Below are positions 15,309 through 21,383 of a stretch of DNA of 21,383 nt, piece by piece (the stretch's first letter is position 1; every line of letters begins with the position of its first letter). The stretch is taken from the UHGV virus genome UHGV-0126007. The stretch is one strand, 5' to 3'. This DNA comes from a virus. Below the pieces are notes generated by a model, which saw only the letters and a program-made list of their open reading frames with translations, searched no databases and was not told the DNA's origin. The position numbers and the translations under genes are program-made.

Positions 15309-15591
15309 TTTGAGAAAAGCAGCGCGTGGTCGGGAATGCCAGGTAAGAATCCCTGGCGTATGTAATGGCAATCCTGAAACGTCTGTACTGGCACATATCC
15401 GGCTGGCTGGATTGTGCGGTACCGGTATCAAACCGCCAGACCTGATTGCCACCATTGCATGTTCTGCCTGTCACGACGAGATCGACCGTCGCACGCATTT
15501 TGTTGACGCTGGATATGCAAAAGAATGCGCGCTGGAAGGTATGGCGAGAACGCAGGTTATCTGGCTGAAAGAGGGGGTAATTAAGGCGTGA
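15301..15591 (+). CDS. ybcO: YbcO-like protein (DUF1364, putative nuclease), 96 aa
   Basis: [64 protein letters not shown]... matches DLP12 YbcO from recall; the frame is open from 15262, ATG 15301 preferred. Confidence 0.75.
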   Translation: MADLRKAARGRECQVRIPGVCNGNPETSVLAHIRLAGLCGTGIKPPDLIATIACSACHDEIDRRTHFVDAGYAKECALEGMARTQVIWLKEGVIKA

Positions 15592-15950
15592 ATACCTACA
15601 ATATCACATTACCCTGGCCGCCGAGCAATAATCGCTATTACCGCCATAATCGCGGGCGCACGCACATCAGCGCAGAGGGGCAGGCATACCGCGAAAACGT
15701 CGCCCGAATCATTAAAAACGCAATGCTGGATATCGGCCTGGCTATGCCTGTGAAAATCCGCATTGAGTGTCACATGCCGGATCGCCGTCGCCGTGACCTG
15801 GATAATCTACAAAAGGCCGCTTTTGACGCACTCACCAAAGCAGGTTTCTGGCTGGATGATGCTCAGGTCGTTGATTACCGCGTTGTGAAGATGCCGGTTG
15901 TCAAAGGTGGAAAGCTGGAACTGACCATCACTGAACAGGGAGATGAATGA
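15588..15950 (+). CDS. rusA: RusA Holliday-junction resolvase, 120 aa
   Basis: [100 protein letters not shown]... matches E. coli prophage RusA. Confidence 0.93.
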   Translation: MNTYNITLPWPPSNNRYYRHNRGRTHISAEGQAYRENVARIIKNAMLDIGLAMPVKIRIECHMPDRRRRDLDNLQKAAFDALTKAGFWLDDAQVVDYRVVKMPVVKGGKLELTITEQGDE

Positions 15951-16087
15951 TGTTTGAGTTTTATATGGCAGAACTTCTTCGCCACCGCTGGATGCGCCTG
16001 CGCTTATATCGTTTCCCCGGTTCTGTTTTGACCGATTACCGAATACTGAAGAATTACGCCAAAACACTGACAGGAGCAGGAGTATGA
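15947..16087 (+). CDS. ylcG: YlcG-like small protein, 46 aa (below the ORF-track cutoff)
   Basis: Hand translation [46 protein letters not shown]; start overlaps the rusA stop, as for ylcG between rusA and quuD in DLP12. Confidence 0.55.
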   Translation: MMFEFYMAELLRHRWMRLRLYRFPGSVLTDYRILKNYAKTLTGAGV

Positions 16088-16172
16088 AGTCAGAGATAAC
16101 AATCAACTAATACTGTTTTGTTGATTTTTGCTTGTAATTGGCGTTCTGGTCTGAGTTTTGTGGAGTAAGTTG

Positions 16173-16556
16173 ATGCGTGATATTCAGATGGTTCTTGAGC
16201 GTTGGGGAGCGTGGGCGGCTAATAATCATGAAGATGTGACCTGGTCGTCCATTGCCGCCGGTTTTAAGGGATTAATTCCTTCAAAAGTAAAATCTCGCCC
16301 ACAATGTTGTGACGATGACGCGATGATCATTTGCGGGTGCATGGCCCGTCTGAAAAAGAACAACAGCGATTTGCACGATTTATTAGTAGATTATTATGTA
16401 GTCGGTATGACATTCATGTCACTGGCAGGTAAGCATTGCTGCTCTGATGGTTATATCGGGAAAAGGTTACAAAAGGCTGAGGGCATAATTGAAGGGATGT
16501 TAATGGCATTAGATATCCGGTTAGAGATGGATATCGTTGTTAATAACTCTAATTAA
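16173..16556 (+). CDS. quuD: Late-gene antiterminator Q (phage 82 / DLP12 QuuD type), 127 aa
   Basis: [90 protein letters not shown]... matches QuuD from recall; the ORF-track TTG at 16158 is probably not the real start. Confidence 0.88.
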   Translation: MRDIQMVLERWGAWAANNHEDVTWSSIAAGFKGLIPSKVKSRPQCCDDDAMIICGCMARLKKNNSDLHDLLVDYYVVGMTFMSLAGKHCCSDGYIGKRLQKAEGIIEGMLMALDIRLEMDIVVNNSN

Positions 16557-16589
16557 TACGCCAATTATTTACTAAAAGTTATTAAAAAT

Positions 16590-16730
16590 GGGGCGTTGAA
16601 ACGCCCCCAAAAATAAAGGGTAATATATAACAGAAGGTTTGTATAGTTAGAAGCAAGGTTGTGCTTCTAAAGGAAGTGGCTTGAGGGAGCCACTTATATG
16701 TTGGGGAGGCAAAGCCTCCCACAACATATC
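16590..16730. promoter_or_regulatory. Cluster of four GC-rich hairpins between convergent Q and porin genes; candidate late promoter PR'/qut and terminators
   Basis: Hairpins at 16590-16607 (GGGGCG/CGCCCC), 16649-16668 (AGAAGCA/TGCTTCT), 16676-16693 (GTGGCT/AGCCAC), 16700-16725 (GGGAGGC/GCCTCCC). Possible -35 TTGAAA (16596-16601) and -10 TAATAT (16621-16626), with a -10-like TATAGT in the initial transcribed region. Confidence 0.4.
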
Positions 16731-16744
16731 TTTTAGTAATCAAA

Positions 16745-17827
16745 TTAGAACTGGTAAACCATACCTACAGCAACGATATCATCGGTAGCAACGCCAGATG
16801 CTTTCGTGAAATCGCTCTTATCAATCAGGTTGATTTTGTAGTCAACAAAAGTGGACATATTTTTGTTGAAGTAATAGGTTGCACCTACATCAACATATTC
16901 AACCAGGTCCTGATCACCCCAAACACCCAAGTCTTTTCCTTTAGAATGCAGGTAAGCAACGGATGGACGCAGGCCGAAGTCGAACTGATATTGTGCAACA
17001 GCTTCGAAGTTTTGTGCTTTGTTGGCAATATGGTTATTACCAAAAACAGTCATGTTCTGGGTTTCAGAATAGGTGGTGGCCAGATAGATGTTGTTCGCAT
17101 CATATTTCAGACCAGCTGCCCATACTTCAGCATTTTGACCAGAAGCATTCAGACCGTTGTTACCGTAGATAACCTGATTATTAGTGCGATCAGATTTAGC
17201 ATAGGTTGCACCCACGCCGAATCCTTCATACTCATAAGTAGTTGAGAAACCGAAACCATCGCCATTAGCTTCAGTTACTTCATTTCGGTCATTTTTGCCC
17301 TGATACTGAGCTGCAAAGTTCAGGCCATCAACCAGACCAAAGAAGTCGTTGTTACGATAAGTTGCAACACCTGTGGTGCGACCAGTCATGAATACATCTG
17401 TTTGGGTCCAGGTATCGCCACCGAATTCTGGCAGAACGTCAGTCCACGCACCGATGTCGTATGCTACACCGTAGTTACGGCCGTAATCGATTGAGCCGTA
17501 GTCACCGAATTTCAGGCCTGCAAATGCAAGACGGGTTTTGTCTTTGGAGGAACCTTGAGATTCAGCGCGGTTGCCTTTGAATTCATATTCCCACTGACCG
17601 AAACCAGTCAGTTGATCGTTGATTTGGGTTTCACCTTTGAAGCCAAGACGGGCATAAGTAGTATCACCATCATCTGCATCATTAGAGGAGAAGTAGTGCT
17701 TAGCATTAACTTTCCCGTACAGATCCAGCTTGTTACTGTCTTTATTATAAATTTCAGCTGCCTGAGCAGACATCGCCATCAGTACTGATGCAGCTACAGC
17801 AGAAATTGCCACTGTTAATTTTTTCAT
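16745..17827 (-). CDS. nmpC: Phage-borne general porin of the OmpC/OmpF family (NmpC / Lc type), 360 aa, apparently intact
   Basis: Signal peptide [23 protein letters not shown] then [17 protein letters not shown]...; typical porin beta-strand repeats; C-terminal aromatic (F); same position and orientation as nmpC between quuD and essD in DLP12. Confidence 0.85.
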   Translation of the reverse strand: MKKLTVAISAVAASVLMAMSAQAAEIYNKDSNKLDLYGKVNAKHYFSSNDADDGDTTYARLGFKGETQINDQLTGFGQWEYEFKGNRAESQGSSKDKTRLAFAGLKFGDYGSIDYGRNYGVAYDIGAWTDVLPEFGGDTWTQTDVFMTGRTTGVATYRNNDFFGLVDGLNFAAQYQGKNDRNEVTEANGDGFGFSTTYEYEGFGVGATYAKSDRTNNQVIYGNNGLNASGQNAEVWAAGLKYDANNIYLATTYSETQNMTVFGNNHIANKAQNFEAVAQYQFDFGLRPSVAYLHSKGKDLGVWGDQDLVEYVDVGATYYFNKNMSTFVDYKINLIDKSDFTKASGVATDDIVAVGMVYQF

Positions 17828-18254
17828 CGTGAGCCCTTTTTTTTGAACTATTATTAAAAAATGATGTCACTGCGCGATAAATATTCATCTAATCAATATG
17901 ATTATTTCAAGATGTAAGTTTTGGTTTCTCGTTTGATTTGTGAAGTAGATCTCTATTTTTATCTGAACTTTTTCTATCGAATCCTATTCATGGCTCTTGG
18001 CTGAATAAAAATAAATCTATTAGCCAATTTATATTAACGGTTGTTATTTATAAGTGCTCTATGATTTGAAGGTTCAATTTAAATCGGCTAAAAATAACAC
18101 TGGGAATTATTTGTTGGTTATTTGTTGAGATTTGCTTATGTATTTGTGGTGGTGTTTTCAATACTCGGTAGCATTCTCGCAAATATCATTTAGTGGTTTA
18201 CGTACGTAAAAAATTGGTTATGCTGTTAAGAGTGGTTACTTCGTCACACAGCTT

Positions 18255-18287
18255 AAACCCGCCGTCGAGTGGGTTTTTCCATTTTTT
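18255..18287 (+). terminator. Terminator-like hairpin with T-run about 110 bp upstream of the holin gene
   Basis: Stem AAACCC / GGGTTT (18255-18276) with 10-nt loop, followed by TTCCATTTTTT. Confidence 0.4.
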
Positions 18288-18399
18288 GAGTCTCGATATT
18301 AGCTGATAACCCAATACCTGAGTTATTCACTGACTCCGAGTCTGTTACGTTTCGTAGTATTCCCTCAATTTACACCCGCTTTGTCTGCGAGGTGGGGTT

Positions 18400-18615
18400 A
18401 TGAAATCCATGGATAAGTTAACAACGGGTGTCGCCTATGGCACCTCAGCAGGTAGTGCCGGTTACTGGTTTTTACAGCTGCTCGATAAAGTCACGCCCTC
18501 ACAGTGGGCAGCAATAGGTGTGCTGGGTAGCCTGGTATTTGGCCTGCTGACGTACCTGACAAACCTTTATTTCAAGATTAAAGAAGATAAGCGCAAGGCT
18601 GCGAGAGGTGAATAA
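18400..18615 (+). CDS. essD: S21-type pinholin with dual-start motif (antiholin from Met1, holin from Met4), 71 aa
   Basis: [71 protein letters not shown] matches S21/EssD from recall; two TM segments; SD GAGGTGG. Confidence 0.9.
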
Positions 18616-19112
18616 TGCCTCCATCATTACGAAAAGCCGTTGCTGCTGCTATTGGTGGCGGAGCAATTGCTATAGCATCAGTGTTAATCACTGGCCCAAG
18701 TGGTAACGATGGTCTGGAAGGTGTCAGCTACATACCATACAAAGATATTGTTGGTGTATGGACTGTATGTCACGGGCATACAGGAAAAGACATCATGCTC
18801 GGTAAAACGTATACCAAAGCAGAATGCAAAGCCCTCCTGAATAAAGACCTTGCCACGGTCGCCAGACAAATTAACCCGTACATAAAAGTTGATATACCGG
18901 AAACAACGCGCGGCGCTCTTTACTTGTTCGTTTACAACGTGGGCGCTGGCAATTTCAGAACATCGACGCTTCTTCGCAAAATAAACCAGGGCGATATCAA
19001 AGGCGCATGTGATCAGCTACGTCGCTGGACATATGCTGGCGGTAAGCAATGGAAAGGTCTCATGACTCGTCGTGAGATTGAGCGTGAAATCTGTTTGTGG
19101 GGTCAGCAATGA
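18615..19112 (+). CDS. rrrD: SAR (signal-arrest-release) endolysin, lysozyme family (R21 / RrrD type), 165 aa
   Basis: N-terminal Gly/Ala-rich SAR helix ([18 protein letters not shown]); catalytic triad at E35, D44, T50 ([18 protein letters not shown]), as recalled for R21; start overlaps the holin stop. Confidence 0.9.
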   Translation: MPPSLRKAVAAAIGGGAIAIASVLITGPSGNDGLEGVSYIPYKDIVGVWTVCHGHTGKDIMLGKTYTKAECKALLNKDLATVARQINPYIKVDIPETTRGALYLFVYNVGAGNFRTSTLLRKINQGDIKGACDQLRRWTYAGGKQWKGLMTRREIEREICLWGQQ

Positions 19113-19573
19113 ACAGAGTAACCGCGATTATCTCCGCTCTGGTTATCTGCATCATCGTTTGCCTGTCATGGGCTGTTAATCATTACCGTGATAACGCCAT
19201 CGCCTACAAAGAACAGCGCGACAAAAATGCCAGAGAACTGAAGCTGGCGAACGCGGCAATTACTGACATGCAGATGCGTCAGCGTGATGTTGCTGCGCTC
19301 GATGCAAAATACACGAAGGAGTTAGCTGATGCGAAAGCTGAAAATGATGTTCTGCGTGATGATGTTGCCGCTGGTCGTCGTCGGTTGCACATCAAAGCAG
19401 TCTGTCAGTCAGTGCGTGAAGCCACCACCGCCTCCGGCGTGGATAATGCAGCCTCCCCCCGACTGGCAGACACCGCTGAACGGGATTATTTCACCCTCCG
19501 GGAACGACTGGTAATGATGCAGGCCCAACTTGAAGGTGCTCAGCAATACATAACCGAGCAGTGTTTAAAGTAA
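19109..19573 (+). CDS. rzpD: Rz-type inner-membrane spanin (i-spanin), about 154 aa
   Basis: N-terminal TM helix ([20 protein letters not shown]) followed by coiled-coil periplasmic domain; ATG 19109 overlaps the endolysin stop. Confidence 0.85.
   Translation: MNRVTAIISALVICIIVCLSWAVNHYRDNAIAYKEQRDKNARELKLANAAITDMQMRQRDVAALDAKYTKELADAKAENDVLRDDVAAGRRRLHIKAVCQSVREATTASGVDNAASPRLADTAERDYFTLRERLVMMQAQLEGAQQYITEQCLK
19329..19514 (+). CDS. rzoD: Rz1-type outer-membrane lipoprotein spanin (o-spanin), embedded in the +1 frame of Rz
   Basis: [23 protein letters not shown]...: lipobox LVVVGC, proline-rich mature part ([15 protein letters not shown]); wholly inside the Rz ORF. Confidence 0.85.
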   Translation: MRKLKMMFCVMMLPLVVVGCTSKQSVSQCVKPPPPPAWIMQPPPDWQTPLNGIISPSGNDW

Positions 19574-19710
19574 AATCTTAACTACAATATGATTCATTTT
19601 GATGATTGTTTCATAAGGAACAGTGAAGTAAGATCTAAGAGGAGTTAAATTTTATACAGTATAATCATAATATTGCAGCAAGGTGGTTATAATTGAAAGA
19701 ATATTTAGAT

Positions 19711-21168
19711 ATGAATACATCTCATGTAAGAGTTGTTACTCATATGTGTGGGTTCCTGGTTTGGCTCTATAGTCTTTCAATGTTGCCACCAATGGTTGTA
19801 GCATTGTTTTATAAAGAAAAAAGCCTGTTCGTTTTCTTTATAACTTTCGTTATATTTTTTTGCATTGGTGGCGGAGCGTGGTATACAACTAAGAAATCTG
19901 GCATTCAATTACGTACCCGTGATGGGTTTATTATAATTGTAATGTTTTGGATTTTGTTTTCTGTTATTAGTGCATTCCCTTTATGGATTGACTCAGAACT
20001 TAATTTAACGTTCATTGATGCTCTGTTTGAAGGGGTTTCTGGAATAACAACAACAGGAGCAACTGTAATTGATGATGTTAGTTCATTACCTCGGGCATAT
20101 TTGTACTATCGGTCACAGTTAAATTTTATAGGTGGTTTAGGAGTTATTGTTCTGGCGGTTGCTGTATTGCCATTATTGGGTATTGGTGGTGCAAAGCTTT
20201 ATCAGTCAGAAATGCCGGGGCCATTTAAGGATGACAAACTCACTCCCCGCCTGGCCGATACGTCACGGACACTGTGGATAACTTATTCTTTATTAGGTAT
20301 TGCTTGTATTGTCTGTTATAGACTTGCAGGAATGCCTTTGTTTGATGCTATTTGTCACGGGATTTCCACAGTTTCGCTTGGTGGTTTCTCAACTCATAGC
20401 GAGAGTATCGGATATTTTAATAACTATTTGGTTGAGCTGGTGGCTGGTTCTTTTTCCCTGCTATCGGCTTTCAACTTCACTCTTTGGTATATTGTTATTA
20501 GCAGGAAAACGATAAAACCTTTAATCAGAGATATTGAACTTCGTTTCTTTCTGTTAATAGCCTTAGGGGTGATCATTGTTACCTCTTTCCAGGTCTGGCA
20601 TATAGGTATGTATGACTTGCATGGAAGTTTTATTCATTCGTTTTTTCTTGCCAGCTCCATGCTCACTGATAATGGTTTAGCTACGCAGGATTATGCAAGT
20701 TGGCCCACGCACACGATAGTGTTTTTGCTGTTGTCAAGTTTCTTTGGGGGATGTATAGGTTCAACTTGTGGTGGAATTAAGTCACTTCGATTTCTTATAC
20801 TTTTCAAACAAAGCAAACACGAGATAAATCAGCTTTCTCATCCCAGAGCGTTGTTGAGTGTAAATGTAGGAGGGAAGATAGTTACAGATCGTGTAATGAG
20901 GTCTGTATGGAGTTTCTTTTTTCTTTATACTCTCTTCACGGTGTTTTTTATACTGGTGTTAAATGGTATGGGATATGATTTTCTTACATCATTTGCAACA
21001 GTGGCTGCATGTATTAATAATATGGGATTAGGTTTTGGGGCTACTGCATCGTCATTCGGAGTGCTTAATGACATTGCAAAATGTTTAATGTGCATAGCTA
21101 TGATTCTTGGTCGCCTTGAAATTTATCCTGTTATTATATTGTTTTCAGGTTTTTTTTGGCGCTCCTAA
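19711..21168 (+). CDS. trkG: TrkG/TrkH-family potassium uptake membrane protein, about 485 aa (moron downstream of lysis cassette)
   Basis: MNTSHVRVVTHMCGFLVWLYSLSMLPPMVVALFYKE... matches E. coli TrkG (a Rac prophage gene) from recall; multiple TM segments; very AT-rich. An alternative TTG start at 19693 has a better-placed SD (AGGTGG). Confidence 0.9.
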   Translation: MNTSHVRVVTHMCGFLVWLYSLSMLPPMVVALFYKEKSLFVFFITFVIFFCIGGGAWYTTKKSGIQLRTRDGFIIIVMFWILFSVISAFPLWIDSELNLTFIDALFEGVSGITTTGATVIDDVSSLPRAYLYYRSQLNFIGGLGVIVLAVAVLPLLGIGGAKLYQSEMPGPFKDDKLTPRLADTSRTLWITYSLLGIACIVCYRLAGMPLFDAICHGISTVSLGGFSTHSESIGYFNNYLVELVAGSFSLLSAFNFTLWYIVISRKTIKPLIRDIELRFFLLIALGVIIVTSFQVWHIGMYDLHGSFIHSFFLASSMLTDNGLATQDYASWPTHTIVFLLLSSFFGGCIGSTCGGIKSLRFLILFKQSKHEINQLSHPRALLSVNVGGKIVTDRVMRSVWSFFFLYTLFTVFFILVLNGMGYDFLTSFATVAACINNMGLGFGATASSFGVLNDIAKCLMCIAMILGRLEIYPVIILFSGFFWRS

Positions 21169-21329
21169 TATATGGCTGATTTATAATTGTGAGTTTAATA
21201 TTATGTTGACTCACTCATTGATCCAATACCTAACTTTACCAGCAACCCCTCCGTCCCCAGTAGCACTGGCTGCTGGGGTGCGTTTTATTCATAAAGCAAG
21301 GCTGTATGAGCGAGAAATTAAAGATAGTC

Positions 21330-21383
21330 GGTAGTGACTCCAACTTACTGATAGTGCTTTATGTTCAGATAATGCCCGATGAC
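21330..21383 (-). mobile_element. Terminal 54 bp of an IS1 insertion sequence (inverted orientation), running off the window
   Basis: GGTAGTGACTCCAACTTACTGATAGTGCTTTATGTTCAGATAATGCCCGATGAC matches the reverse complement of the IS1 right end (GTCATCGGGCATTATCTGAACATAAAACACTATCAATAAGTTGGAGTCATTACC) with about 3 mismatches, from recall. Confidence 0.8.

Noticed and set aside
14710-15455. Minus-strand ORFs 14710-14925 and 14937-15455 (71 and 172 aa)
   Set aside because: Antisense to the ybcN-ninE-ybcO block, which is supported by recognisable protein sequences and translational coupling.
16946-17788. Plus-strand ORFs inside the porin gene (16946-17245, 16963-17172, 17555-17788)
   Set aside because: Antisense to a full-length porin with signal peptide; no start context. 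They could be traversed by late antisense transcription but there is no evidence they are translated.
21107-21334. 75-aa ORF called from 21107 as a complete gene
   Set aside because: Its 5' part overlaps the trkG 3' end in another frame and its stop codon lies inside the IS1 terminus; more likely the remnant of a gene starting near 21203 and truncated by IS1 (kept as a finding, not a feature).
1-21383. Search for tRNA, rRNA or CRISPR features
   Set aside because: No cloverleaf-compatible tRNA-like segment, rRNA-like sequence or spacer-repeat array was recognisable by eye; a tRNA scan would be needed to exclude small RNA genes.

Overview
This window is the left ~21 kb of a mosaic lambdoid prophage integrated at the phage lambda attB site of an Escherichia coli-type host. 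It runs from the host/prophage junction (attL, lambda core at 47-61) through int-xis, a leftward early operon (accessory genes, then exo-bet-gam), and an immunity region with a non-lambda CI-like repressor, Cro-like protein and a possible YdaT-like protein in the cII position. Rightward it continues with a chimeric O plus lambda P and ren, a DLP12-like nin/Q/lysis block (ybcN-ninE-ybcO-rusA-ylcG-quuD, a convergent nmpC/Lc-type porin gene, S21-type pinholin, SAR endolysin, Rz/Rz1), a trkG-type potassium transporter moron, and the terminal inverted repeat of an IS1 that runs off the window. No N, kil, cIII or cII homologue is recognisable. Three candidate undescribed cargo loci stand out: (1) an AT-rich two-gene cassette in the rex position between cI and a tImm-like terminator (7614-8333); (2) a TGT-fold (DpdA-like) gene next to a MazG-like pyrophosphohydrolase gene (2093-3698); (3) an AT-rich membrane-protein moron in the nin region (13986-14495). 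All calls rest on reading the sequence and on recalled protein families; no database search was run, and coordinates of small motifs may be off by a base or two.
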